In this document: one piece after another, positions 33,598-43,342 of the stretch
How positions within the stretch are numbered: position 1 is the stretch's first letter
Layout: the number at the start of each line of letters is the position of its first letter
NCBI RefSeq assembly: GCF_000142905.1
Contig: NW_013657660.1
Coordinates: forward strand, 210,056-274,055
Source: Thecamonas trahens ATCC 50062
Lineage: Eukaryota > Protista > Apusomonadida
Length of the DNA stretch: 64,000 nucleotides
Reading direction: 5' to 3'
Notes under the pieces: model-generated
What the model saw: only the letters and a program-made list of their open reading frames with translations
Told to the model about the DNA's origin: nothing
Database searches by the model: none
Position numbers and translations under genes: made by a program

Positions 33598-34884
33598 TCA
33601 CCCCTCGTCATGCGCTTGGTCAAGGGCGCGGTCGACGGTGCTGACCACAGGAGAGCCGCGGGCGCGCTTGGCCCGCTTTGATGGCCGGAGGTGGGTGGCG
33701 CTGGGCGACGTTGCGATTGACGCCGACGGAGGCACGGCCGAGATGGGTAGAACAGCAGCTGGCTTGGCCGTGCCGGACCGATCACGCTTGGTGCCACCCG
33801 TCGTGGGGGCGCGGTCATTCGGAGACGGGACGGCGTGCACCGGCTGGCGGTGGGTGCGCCGCTTGCGAACAGGAACCGAGTCAGGTGCCAGCGGCGGAGC
33901 GAGGATGTCGTTGAGCGGCGTGTCAACTGAGGCGGCGGATGAGGCCGAGGCGAGCGAGGGCGAGGCCGAGATCGACGGGGCTGCCGGCTCCGGTGAAGAC
34001 GAGCTGACGCCCGAGGCTGCGCGGACCGGAGACTGGGCAGCAGCAAGGCGGGTCTCGAGCTCGTCGACGCGGGCAGCGAGGGTAGCCTTTTCCGCCATGA
34101 GGGCGTGGTTGTCGGCGACGAGCTCGCGGAACTTCTTCTTCTTGGCGTTGACGATGGTGACAAACGAGCGCATGAGCTCCTCTTCGAGCAGTGCCTTGTC
34201 GCTAACGACCGTGTCGAGCATGCGCTTGGCCTCATCCCGCTGGCCCATCAGTAGGCCGTTGGCGGTGTGAAGCTCGTAGTTTTCGTGCTCGAGGCTGGCG
34301 CGGGCGCGGAGAAGGGCGTCGACAACGGCGGAGACAATGCGCGCCGGTGAGGCCTCTTCCGCCAGGACCACCGAGCCGCGAAGCGGGACGAGGCCGTCCT
34401 TGATGACCCAGCCGAGACGGAGGTTGTCGTCGCGGAGCTCAAACGTGTATTGGAAGCGCGAGCCGCTGAGGTCCTGCGTAGCGAGCGCGGCGCGGACAGT
34501 CGCCATGTACGCCGCCACCTCCATGCCAGGCGGGCAGAGCTCGCTGCGGACGATAGCCTTGGTCACGCTCGCGTACCACGCCCGCCCGCCGTCTGTCACC
34601 GAGATCGAGAACGAGGCCTCTTCCCACTTGGAGACGACGTAGAAGACCTTCCTGTCCACCGCAAACCGAGCAATGTCCTCTGCTGCCTCCTGCCGCAGCT
34701 TGCGAATGTGCTCGGCCTGCCGCTGCGCGGCCTCGGCCACGGGTCCTGCCAGGCTCGCACCACCTCCGCCGCCTCCGCCGCCTCCACCGGCAGCTCTGCC
34801 AGCGCCGCCAGCGCTCGCTTGCGGTGGCGCAGCCTGGCTGGAAAAGACTTGTGTCGCCACAAACGACGGGCTTACGTGGGACAT
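33598..34884 (-). CDS. XRCC4: DNA repair protein XRCC4-like (NHEJ)
   Basis: Head domain FSISVTDGGRAWYASVT...YMATVRAAL, then a coiled coil with the ligase-IV-binding-like segment KALLEEELMRSFVTIVNAKKKKFREL and a disordered tail. Confidence 0.85.
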   Translation of the reverse strand: MSHVSPSFVATQVFSSQAAPPQASAGGAGRAAGGGGGGGGGGASLAGPVAEAAQRQAEHIRKLRQEAAEDIARFAVDRKVFYVVSKWEEASFSISVTDGGRAWYASVTKAIVRSELCPPGMEVAAYMATVRAALATQDLSGSRFQYTFELRDDNLRLGWVIKDGLVPLRGSVVLAEEASPARIVSAVVDALLRARASLEHENYELHTANGLLMGQRDEAKRMLDTVVSDKALLEEELMRSFVTIVNAKKKKFRELVADNHALMAEKATLAARVDELETRLAAAQSPVRAASGVSSSSPEPAAPSISASPSLASASSAASVDTPLNDILAPPLAPDSVPVRKRRTHRQPVHAVPSPNDRAPTTGGTKRDRSGTAKPAAVLPISAVPPSASIATSPSATHLRPSKRAKRARGSPVVSTVDRALDQAHDEG

Positions 34885-34939
34885 AGTGGGGTGGGGTGGG
34901 GTGGGGGGGAGGAGTGCGAGGCCGGTGGCGGTGGCCGCT

Positions 34940-34967
34940 TCGCCTGATCACGATCGCGATCAGGCGA
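34940..34967. promoter_or_regulatory. 28-bp near-perfect palindrome in the XRCC4/RMI1 divergent intergenic region
   Basis: TCGCCTGATC-A-CGATCG-C-GATCAGGCGA; 13 of 14 pairs are complementary. A regulatory role is inferred from position only. Confidence 0.4.
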
Positions 34968-35080
34968 TGTGACCGAGCGAACTACGACCTTTTCCGGTCG
35001 CCCAACACCCTCCCCCCCTCCCCTCCCCCTCCCACAGCTACAACCTCTCCACTTCACCCTGCACAAAGGCAGGAGCACGC

Positions 35081-35821
35081 ATGGCCGACCCGCAGGTGGT
35101 AGCGGCTGCGGTGAGCGAGCTGGAGAGGCGGGGCGTGCGTGGGGTGCGGCGGGCGTGGGTGGAGGCGGCAGTAGCAGGCGGAGCGGGGTCGGCGGCAGCG
35201 GTGTGGGAGACGCTACTGGCGACCGACGTGTCGTGCGGGGCGGCTGCCGGGCGGGAGGCTGGAGAAGGCGAGGCGCGGAGCGGAGCGAGGTGGGTCGAGC
35301 CCGTAGTGGCGTTGTCGGGCCTGCCAGACGGCGTGGTTACCCGGCACCGCGAGGTGATCGCCGGCCCGGCGCTTCTCCAGCTGACGGAAGCAGTGGACGT
35401 GGGCAATCCGCCGGCGGCGGGCGATGCCAGCGCGTCGGCGACGGTGGCGGCGCTGGCGGATGGCGGCGATGACGACGACGGCGAGTGGGTCGAGTACACG
35501 ACGCTCGGTCAGCGGGCGGCTCGGAGTAATCCGCGGATGCTCCGGCTCGCGCTGCACGACGGGATGCAGGCGGTCCACGCGCTCGAGATCGAGGGACTGC
35601 CTGTCCTCGACGGCCTGCAGCCGGGGTGCAAGCTCCTGCTTGGCAACGTGGCCATTCGCCGCGGGCATCTGCTCCTCGACTCGACGACCAAGATCGAGGT
35701 GCTTGGCGGCGAGGTGACCGACTGGGGCGTGGCGCCGCCGGATCCTGCGGCGGCGCGGGTGCTCGCCAACCGGGCTGCGGTGGTCATCGAGCTCAGCGAC
35801 GACGACGACGACTTTGCCTGA
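35081..35821 (+). CDS. RMI1: RMI1 N-terminal OB-fold protein (RMI1/TDRD3 family)
   Basis: GPALLQLTEAVDVG, RMLRLALHDGMQAVHALE and PGCKLLLGNVAIRRGHLLL...IEVLGGEV, with an acidic insertion loop. Confidence 0.78.
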   Translation: MADPQVVAAAVSELERRGVRGVRRAWVEAAVAGGAGSAAAVWETLLATDVSCGAAAGREAGEGEARSGARWVEPVVALSGLPDGVVTRHREVIAGPALLQLTEAVDVGNPPAAGDASASATVAALADGGDDDDGEWVEYTTLGQRAARSNPRMLRLALHDGMQAVHALEIEGLPVLDGLQPGCKLLLGNVAIRRGHLLLDSTTKIEVLGGEVTDWGVAPPDPAAARVLANRAAVVIELSDDDDDFA

Positions 35822-35871
35822 CAGGGCCATCGTGACAGTGTATGTATATGTGTGTTCATATCGGCACAGGA

Positions 35872-36930
35872 CTACACGCCCCACTTCTTGCGGAGGGCAA
35901 AGTACTGGCCGAGGCGGGCGGCGGCAAACTCGAGGAAGCCAAACTCGTCCGAGGGGTTTGCGGCGCGGACGATGGCCCAGAGGCCCCAGAGCATGTGTGA
36001 GGCGAGCGAGCAGATGCGTGCCTCGTGCATGAGGTCCGGGATGGCGGCAGCAACAGCAGCCGGGTCGGTGACGCCGGTTTCGGCGAGATAGGCGGTGAAG
36101 AACGCGGTCTGGGTCTCCTCGCTCGGGTAGTTGTCGGGGTTGAGGACAAAGCCGGGATGGCCGTCGACCGAGTAGTTGATAGAGGCCTCGGCAAAGTGGT
36201 TGCCAAAGTCGAATCCGCGCCAGGCGTACATGCCGTACTCAAAGTCGACAAAGGTGACCTCGCCCTCGCGGCCGGGCTCGCGGAGCTGAAGGATGTTGGC
36301 GGCGAGCAGGTCCATGTGAGTAAAGGTGACCGGAGCGTTGAGCGAAGCGAGGAGGTCGATGAGCGAGGCAACTTCGGTGTGGAGCCGCGGCATGTCAAAC
36401 TGCATGGCCTTGCGGGTGGCCTCGACGTCGGGCATGATCGACCTCGCCGCGAGCTTCCACCAGAGGAACAGATTGTCCGGCAGGCCGTTCTCGTGGGGGA
36501 TGGGCACGTCGGCGGCATGAACGCGGGCAAGGTGCGCGCCAATCTTGGCTGCAACGTCGACGTCGTGGCAGTCGATCGAGGCCAAGGTCTTGGCGTTGAA
36601 GAAGGCCTCGATCCGCCCGCCCTTGAACGTGCCGAGCAGCGCCGGCGAGAGGCCTATGCTCCCAAAGTGGGCAAAGATGGCGCCCTCGCGCTCGCGGTCG
36701 ACAAGCTCGCCGGTACCCTTGCCAAAGTGCCGGACCAGGACTGCCGTCGGGGCGTCGTTGCCAACCTTGGCCCGCGCCGCCTCGCTCACCTCAACCTTGG
36801 TGAGCACATTGGTCAGCCCGCCCGAGACCGTTTCCACAGACACGTCACCGGCATCGAGCTCCTGCCAGCCCTGCACATGTAAGAGTGCCTGCTCGGCCGC
36901 GTCGGCCGTAAACGAAAACGAGGTTGCCAT
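35872..36930 (-). CDS. Choline/ethanolamine kinase
   Basis: SGGLTN, VLVRHFG, VDRERE, Brenner motif FTHMDLLAANIL, FVDFEYG...RGFDFGNHFAE and LASHMLWGLWAIV. Confidence 0.92.
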   Translation of the reverse strand: MATSFSFTADAAEQALLHVQGWQELDAGDVSVETVSGGLTNVLTKVEVSEAARAKVGNDAPTAVLVRHFGKGTGELVDREREGAIFAHFGSIGLSPALLGTFKGGRIEAFFNAKTLASIDCHDVDVAAKIGAHLARVHAADVPIPHENGLPDNLFLWWKLAARSIMPDVEATRKAMQFDMPRLHTEVASLIDLLASLNAPVTFTHMDLLAANILQLREPGREGEVTFVDFEYGMYAWRGFDFGNHFAEASINYSVDGHPGFVLNPDNYPSEETQTAFFTAYLAETGVTDPAAVAAAIPDLMHEARICSLASHMLWGLWAIVRAANPSDEFGFLEFAAARLGQYFALRKKWGV

Positions 36931-37573
36931 TGTTCGCCTGCAATGTACTTGGGAGTGGGGTGTCTCGAGTTGAAGTGGCGTTGTCGGTGGGCGGCGGTAG
37001 GCGGAGGTCGCGCGGCGAGACGCGTTTTGGCCACATATTCACACATGCGAGTTTTTTTTAACTCTATTGTTTAGGAGGCCAGGCGAACACCACGTGGTGG
37101 TACGTGCGCCGTGACCGCGAAACGCCGTTCCGTTGGCCTTCCACGGCCCAGCGCCGCGCTGCGAGCTACCGCGTTGACGACACCTCTCCTCCTCTTGCTC
37201 GCTCAGACATGGCTATGGAGCTGAGCCAGTCAGCAGACGGCACGTACGGCCCCCGAACGGGCAGCAGCGGTATCCACGTGGCGGCGGGCATGGGCGGCAC
37301 GGCTCGTCAACGCCGGGCACGTCGCGTCGGCCGGTCTCGATCGCGCCGCCGCTCGGCCCGTCGCCGCTGCGGCACGGAACAACGGCGTCGCATGGTGGAA
37401 GCCGGCGCGGGAGCGGGCGCGGGGGGCGGCGGCATGGCGGCGGGCGGCGGCCTGGTGGTGGGCAGTCGCATGGAAGCCGGCGCGGGAGCGGGCGCGGCAG
37501 GCAGGCGCGCGGCAGGCGGCGCGACGACTCGTCCGACCTGGTCTCGGGCTCGGGCTCGGGCTCGGACTCGGAC

Positions 37574-38653
37574 TTGGGCTCGTACTCAAGCGAGTCGGGT
37601 GCTCGGTCGCCACCGCCGGCGCAGACGCTGGCGCCAGCAGCGGCGCATCCGGCGCGATCGCCACCGGTCTTCACCAACACGTCGCGGCTGAGTTCTGGGA
37701 TTGGAAGCGGCAAGGCGTCGCTGCAGACGTACCGGGCAGTGGTGGTGGCTGCGCCAATGTTTGTCCTGTTTGCCGGCCTCCTCGTGTGGTACGCCGTGCT
37801 TGGCGGGCTTGGTGGCGTGCTTGTGTGGGCGCTTGGGGGATGTTGCGACCGGTCCGGCAACGAGACCGGCTCGATGCGGACGTCGATGATCTTCAGCTAC
37901 ACCAGCATGGTCGGGCTCGGCTTTGGTGGCGGGTCGGAGCCATCGTCGATTGCGGTGGTGAGTGTGGCGATTGCGCTGCGGGCGCTTTTTGTAGTCTCGT
38001 CGCTGCTCGCGGGCGCCGTGGCGGTGGCCAAGCTGACGCGGGCAACGTCGCGGGTGGTCTTTGGCAAGCACGTCTTTATCCACGCTGTCCGCGGCAAGTA
38101 CCGCCCGCACAACGTGGTGTCTGTCCGGGTGGGGCTCGCAGTGCCAGGCGCTGGCCCGCTGGTCGACGCGACTGCCGAGATGGTGCTCGAGCTTCCCGGG
38201 ACCGACGGCGTGCCGAGCGTTCACGTGCTCAAGCTCGCCAACGGGAAGAACGCCAACTTTACAGGACCGTGGACGCTTGTCCATGCCATCGACGGTAACT
38301 CGCCGCTCCGCTCGCTATCGCGGGCTGACATTGTGGCGCTGCTGCCGCGGCTTTCGGTTGTGGTCTCCGGCTTTGACCCGCTCGTGGCCGGCCGGGTGTC
38401 GGCCGCGAGCTCGTTCCCGTTGTGGGATGTTGCCGATCCGGCGTCGGCGAGCTCGGCGCCGGACGACGTGCTTCAGTGGGCGCGGCATCCGGCGCCACTG
38501 GTGATCTCGCCGGTCTTTGGCCCGCAGGCCGAGCCAGCGCATGTCAATCTCGCGCTCTTTGACGCGCACATTTCGGCACCGACGGAAGAGCCGCCGCGCG
38601 AAGCGACTGAGCCTGCCAAGCTAGCGCCAGTTTCGATACGCCGCCGGCGGTGA
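37574..38653 (+). CDS. Inward-rectifier (Kir-type) potassium channel with an atypical filter; true start uncertain (frame open from about 37208)
   Basis: TM1, pore SMIFSYTSMVGLGFGG, TM2, AKLTRATSRVVFGKHVFI and the cytoplasmic WTLVHAIDGNSPL. Confidence 0.78.
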   Translation: MGSYSSESGARSPPPAQTLAPAAAHPARSPPVFTNTSRLSSGIGSGKASLQTYRAVVVAAPMFVLFAGLLVWYAVLGGLGGVLVWALGGCCDRSGNETGSMRTSMIFSYTSMVGLGFGGGSEPSSIAVVSVAIALRALFVVSSLLAGAVAVAKLTRATSRVVFGKHVFIHAVRGKYRPHNVVSVRVGLAVPGAGPLVDATAEMVLELPGTDGVPSVHVLKLANGKNANFTGPWTLVHAIDGNSPLRSLSRADIVALLPRLSVVVSGFDPLVAGRVSAASSFPLWDVADPASASSAPDDVLQWARHPAPLVISPVFGPQAEPAHVNLALFDAHISAPTEEPPREATEPAKLAPVSIRRRR

Positions 38654-38663
38654 GCCCCCCCCC

Positions 38664-39425
38664 CTACTTTGTCTCGGCCTCAGCCGCGCGCTCGAGAATG
38701 GCCGGTGCGTGGCCGACCGCCGTGGTGTACCAGGTGGCGAGAAGCTCGGCCTGGGCATCGGTGAGCTCACTCGCGGCAGTGAGCTCGGCAGCGGACGATC
38801 CGGCAAGGCCGGCGCGAGCGTCAAAGTGTGCGTCAGAGAGGAGGCCCCAGGCCTGAAGGTAGGCCATGGTCATGCCAACAGCGACCGAGATGTTAAACGA
38901 TTGAGTCATGCCGCGGAGCGGGAGGACAAACGCACCGTGCGCAGCAGCAGAGAGCTCAGACGAGACGCCGAGACGCTCGTTGCCAAAGGCCAGAGCTAGC
39001 GTCTTGCCGTCGTCGTGGATGGCGGCAGCCAGATCCTCGCGCCACAGCGGGAGCGGGCGGGCCGTCGGCGAGAGCTCCGCGGTGAGCAGGAGGGTGGAGG
39101 AGGCGTCGAACGGGGGAGCCGCAAGCATGTCGGCAGCGGCATCGAAGCGGCGGAGGCCGAGCCAGCGGGCGGCAGACTGCGATCGGAACGCGTGGTCAAA
39201 GTGGTCCTCGTCGGCCACAATGTCAACGTGGTGAACGCCGACGCCCTCAGCTGTCCGCAGCGCTGCGCCGGCGTTGCGCGGATTGGCCACATTCTCCAGC
39301 ACCAGCCGCACCTTCTCTGTCCGCCCACGCAGCGCCCCCTCGAGCGTCCGCCGTCGTGTGTCCGAGAGATACGGTGAGAGGGCCGCCACGGCCTGCCGAG
39401 CTGAGAGGCCCACCCGTCGCCACAT
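38664..39425 (-). CDS. trmH: SpoU/TrmH-family tRNA 2'-O-methyltransferase
   Basis: LVLENVANPRNAGAALRTAEGVG, LAFGNERLGVS and LPLRGMTQSFNISVA. The Arg-rich N-terminus may be an organellar transit peptide. Confidence 0.85.
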   Translation of the reverse strand: MWRRVGLSARQAVAALSPYLSDTRRRTLEGALRGRTEKVRLVLENVANPRNAGAALRTAEGVGVHHVDIVADEDHFDHAFRSQSAARWLGLRRFDAAADMLAAPPFDASSTLLLTAELSPTARPLPLWREDLAAAIHDDGKTLALAFGNERLGVSSELSAAAHGAFVLPLRGMTQSFNISVAVGMTMAYLQAWGLLSDAHFDARAGLAGSSAAELTAASELTDAQAELLATWYTTAVGHAPAILERAAEAETK

Positions 39426-39589
39426 TGCCCCCCTTCCGTCCGAGAAAGGTCGTCAAGTGCGAGGATGGCCGAGCGGGGTTGATCGGGGCTGGCGATGGCG
39501 ATCGTGGTCGTGATCACGGTCGCCACCTCTGGCTGACGGGAACACACTTGACGGGCGCAGGGGGGTGGTCGGCGTGTGCGGACTACGCC

Positions 39590-41161
39590 ATGCATGGTGC
39601 CAAGCGGATGAAGGTGTCATCAGGCGGGGCCGTGGTGACGGCTGTGGCCGAAGAGAACGAGCAGACGAGGAGTGCGGCCAGGAGCCAAGGCGGTGGTGAG
39701 CCGGGGACGGCGGGTCCGAGCGTGGCGCGTACGACGGCAAGTGCAAGCGTGGCAAGCACGGCAGCTGCAACTGGACGTGGCTCTGCAACAGCGAGCACGG
39801 GGGCAGGCACGGTGGGCGCAAGCGACGATAGCGAGTCCGAGGTGGGGGTCGGGGAGGACGTCGGGCTCGGGGTGGCCGCCGGCTCGAGTTCGGGCGCGGG
39901 CGTCCTCGACGAGGCGGTCATGGATCCGAGCCAGTTTCCCGAGCTGGACGGCGAGTTTGATGTGCTGCACCGGATCGGGCAAGGCACGTTTTCGACGGTG
40001 TACAAGGCGCGGCACCGCGGGACCGGGCTGGTGGTGGCGTTGAAGCGGATCCGGGCGACGACGGCGCCGTGGCGGACGTTCAACGAGCTTGGGTACCTCA
40101 TCCACTTTGGCGGCCGCGAGTACGTGACCAACGTGCACAAGTGTTTGCGACGCGAGGACCAGGTGACGCTCATTCTACCGTACTTTGAGCACAGGCCTTT
40201 CTACAAGTACGTGTCGTCGATGACGCTCCACGAGGTGGCGGTGTACATGAAGGCGTTGATGGTGGCGCTGCGCTACATCCACACCGAGAACGTGCTGCAC
40301 CGCGATGTCAAGCCGTCGAACTTTCTGCACAACCCAGAGACCGGTCAGTTTATGCTCATCGACTTTGGCCTAGCGGACCTGGCGTCTGTCTCCGAGGACG
40401 CCCATAAGGGCAACGTGCTCCTGGCCAAGATTGCGACCAACATGCAGCGGGCAAAGCTCAACCGGGTCGCCGCTGCCACCAAAGAGTACGAGCGCGAGGC
40501 GGCAAAGAGGTCGGCGCGGTCGTCCAAGCGCAAGCGCTCGCTGACGCGCGCGGCGCGGGAGGCGACGCAGGCAAGCGGTGCGAGCACGGCAAGCACAGCG
40601 TCCAGCTCGAGCGCGAGTGGGGCGAGCAAAGCGACCGGGCCGATCATGCTCGGCCACGAGCGGCTGGCACAGCTGCAGGCGCAGGGCAACGACCGAAAGC
40701 GGGCGCGTGTGGCGGCGCGGGCCGGCACCCGCGGCTTTCGCGCGCCCGAGGTCCTGCTGCGGGTGGAGGAGCAGACGACGGCCATCGACGTGTGGTCGGC
40801 CGGCGTCATCCTCCTCTGCATGCTCCTCCGCAAATACCCGGTCTTCCACTCGCCGGACGACTTGACCGCCCTCTGCGAGATCACGCTGTTTTGTGGCTCG
40901 CGCGAGATGGTGGCGGCGGCGGCGGCCATGAACCGGGTCTTCCGCCCCGAATCGCTCCACCCGCGAGTTGACCTCAAGGACCTTGTTGTCCGGTGCGTGC
41001 CCGACTTTGGCGCGCCCGAGCTTGCGCGCCAGCTCGACGACGCCATCCAGCTGCTCGAGGCCTGCCTCGAGCTGGATCCAGCGCGGAGGGTGACTGCCGC
41101 CGACGCGCTCGACCTCCCATTCCTCGCCAACGTGGAGGCACCGCCTCTACCGCCTGACTAG
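39590..41161 (+). CDS. CDC7: Cell division cycle 7-related kinase
   Basis: IGQGTFSTVYKA, VALKRI..TTAPWRTFNEL, REDQVTLILPYFEH, HRDVKPSNFL, a long kinase insert, AARAGTRGFRAPEVL and QTTAIDVWSAGVILL. Confidence 0.9.
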   Translation: MHGAKRMKVSSGGAVVTAVAEENEQTRSAARSQGGGEPGTAGPSVARTTASASVASTAAATGRGSATASTGAGTVGASDDSESEVGVGEDVGLGVAAGSSSGAGVLDEAVMDPSQFPELDGEFDVLHRIGQGTFSTVYKARHRGTGLVVALKRIRATTAPWRTFNELGYLIHFGGREYVTNVHKCLRREDQVTLILPYFEHRPFYKYVSSMTLHEVAVYMKALMVALRYIHTENVLHRDVKPSNFLHNPETGQFMLIDFGLADLASVSEDAHKGNVLLAKIATNMQRAKLNRVAAATKEYEREAAKRSARSSKRKRSLTRAAREATQASGASTASTASSSSASGASKATGPIMLGHERLAQLQAQGNDRKRARVAARAGTRGFRAPEVLLRVEEQTTAIDVWSAGVILLCMLLRKYPVFHSPDDLTALCEITLFCGSREMVAAAAAMNRVFRPESLHPRVDLKDLVVRCVPDFGAPELARQLDDAIQLLEACLELDPARRVTAADALDLPFLANVEAPPLPPD

Positions 41162-41191
41162 TGCATGGCGTTTACCTGTACGGACGCTTCG

Positions 41192-42157
41192 TCAGAGGCG
41201 GAAGAAAAGCGACATGAGCGAAGCCATCGAGCACACGCCGACGACCCTGGTGGCGTCGTCGACGACCCAGAGGCGCGAGACGACGTGGGTGCTAAAGAGC
41301 TCGAGCGCCGCGCGGAGGCTCGTGGTCTTGGAGACAAAGACCGGCTCGCGGAGCCGGCCGTGGAGCTCTAGAAAGTCGAGGATCGGCAGCGAGAGGACCT
41401 TAAAGTTGGCGGCGGTGACAACCTTGGCGTCCGAGACCGAAAAGTTGCCGAGGAGGAAACCTTCGGGCGAGACGATGGCCACGCCGTCAGTCTTGGCGTT
41501 GTACAGCTCTTCGATGGCATCGCCCGCTGAAGTCTCCGCAAGTACCTTGGGCACGTTGGCGTAGAAGAGCGAGGCCGTGACAATGTCAGCATCCAGCTGC
41601 TCGTCCGACGCGAGCTGCGTGAGATGGGCCCGTGCCCACGCCAGCACGTCCTTCTTCTCCAGCAACCGCGCCTCGCGGGCCGGCAGCGGTGGGAGCTCGC
41701 CGCTCGCCTCGTCTCGGATCATGTACTTGGGCGCGACAACGAGGAGGTAGTGGAGGCCTGCCGCAAAGAGATGAAGAGTGGCGCGAAGGAGGGTGGCGCT
41801 CGAGATGCGGTACTCGGCGTTCTCGCCCGAGATCGAATAGCTCCCCACGAGCTCGTCGACACTGGCCGCCGCAAACGTTGCCGCCAACTGCGCGTTGTGC
41901 GTGTCCTCGTCGACAAGCGCCTCAGCCACACGATGCCGGCCCTCGCGAGCACGCGCCAGCAGATCAAACACCGACACGCCATCGATGTAATGGCCGTTGC
42001 TGTCGACGACGGCCGCAAAGGAGCTCCCGGCGTCGTCGAGCACCTGCGCCAGGGTGCCTGCTGGCGCAGACGCCAGGACGGTGGCCACCGGCGGCTTGTC
42101 GGCCACCAATGCTGCGAGCGGGATGCGAAAGCGCGGTACGGGATTGTCTTCAGCCAT
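41192..42157 (-). CDS. CBS-domain (Bateman) protein
   Basis: Tandem CBS patterns VVDSNGHYIDGVSVFDLL, GVAIVSPEGFLLGNFSVSD and SRLWVVDDATRVVGVCSMASL. ATG at 42157. Confidence 0.8.
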   Translation of the reverse strand: MAEDNPVPRFRIPLAALVADKPPVATVLASAPAGTLAQVLDDAGSSFAAVVDSNGHYIDGVSVFDLLARAREGRHRVAEALVDEDTHNAQLAATFAAASVDELVGSYSISGENAEYRISSATLLRATLHLFAAGLHYLLVVAPKYMIRDEASGELPPLPAREARLLEKKDVLAWARAHLTQLASDEQLDADIVTASLFYANVPKVLAETSAGDAIEELYNAKTDGVAIVSPEGFLLGNFSVSDAKVVTAANFKVLSLPILDFLELHGRLREPVFVSKTTSLRAALELFSTHVVSRLWVVDDATRVVGVCSMASLMSLFFRL

Positions 42158-42464
42158 GGCGGGGAGGAGATGAGGCGAGGTGGGATGGGAGGGGAGTGAC
42201 GAGAGGTGTGTGTGTGCGTGTGTGCGTGTGTTGTGCGGTTGGGTCAGTTTGGGACGGCTGACCGTGGGAGACCGGGAATGGAGGGAGGGGGAGTTGGACG
42301 ACTGGCTGCGCTGGGCTTGGCTGCTTGCGCCAATTGCCCCCCCCCCCCTTCCCCTTCCCCTTCCCCACCTCTGCCTCCACATTGACTCGCCTGCTCTGTG
42401 ACCAACTGTTGGGCTAGTAGCAGCGGTAGGCGGTGGCGGCATGTGGGTGGCGGGTCTGCGATCA

Positions 42465-42905
42465 TTAGGCGGAGCACGAGTCATCGTCGGTCTCGTCGTC
42501 GGCAAACAGATCCGGATCGGTGGGTGCGTAGCGGCGCGAAAAGTACGAGTAGCCGCCCTTGAGGATGGCGATCTGGACGGTGGGGCAGGCGGCGATGTCG
42601 GGATGGGCGGCGAGAGCGCGGGCGCACGACGGGCCGCGGACCTGGGAGAACTGGCAGTGGACAACAACAGGCAGCGGGTTCATGTCGGACGCACCGGCGT
42701 CAGCCGCCCGCTGGACCAGCTCCCTAGCCAGCGACGTCATGCCTGCATCAAAGTCGCGCGATGCGAGCCAGATGGCGCCAGCGATGTGTCCACCAGCGTG
42801 GTCGTCGTCACGGACATCGACCACCACTACGGGCGCCTGCTCGTCGCGGAGCAGGCCAAGCAGCGAGTCTGGCTGCAGGTACGGCACGGTAGGGGGCGTG
42901 GCCAT
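42465..42905 (-). CDS. Rhodanese-fold Cdc25-like phosphatase/arsenate reductase (Acr2/Ych1/Ibp1 type)
   Basis: VVVDVRDDDHAGGHIAGA, active site HCQFSQVRGPSCA (HCX5R) and ILKGGY. Confidence 0.88.
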   Translation of the reverse strand: MATPPTVPYLQPDSLLGLLRDEQAPVVVVDVRDDDHAGGHIAGAIWLASRDFDAGMTSLARELVQRAADAGASDMNPLPVVVHCQFSQVRGPSCARALAAHPDIAACPTVQIAILKGGYSYFSRRYAPTDPDLFADDETDDDSCSA

Positions 42906-43342
42906 ATTGAAAGCAGCTTGATGAAGAGAGGTGTGAGTGTATATGTATGATTGTATGATTGTATGTATGGGAGGGAGGGGAGGGGGGGGGGGGGGGGAGC
43001 GCGCGCAGTGTAGTCGCCGACGGCCGGCCTCCNNNNNNNNNNNNNNNNNNNNNNNNNNNNNNNNNNNNNNNNNNNNNNNNNNNNNNNNNNNNNNNNNNNN
43101 NNNNNNNNNNNNNNNNNNNNNNNNNNNNNNNNNNNNNNNNNNNNNNNNNNNNNNNNNNNNNNNNNNNNNNNNNNNNNNNNNNNNNNNNNNNNNNNNNNNN
43201 NNNNNNNNNNNNNNNNNNNNNNNNNNNNNNNNNNNNNNNNNNNNNNNNNNNNNNNNNNNNNNNNCCCCACCCCCACCCTCCCCCCCACCCCCCCCCCCCC
43301 TACCCCACCCCCACCCCCCCCCCCACCCCCACCACGTTCCCC

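Noticed and set aside
42158-42667. Apparent rhodanese-CBS fusion
   Set aside because: The rhodanese is in a different frame with its own stop at 42465, and the linker is C/AC-rich intergenic sequence.
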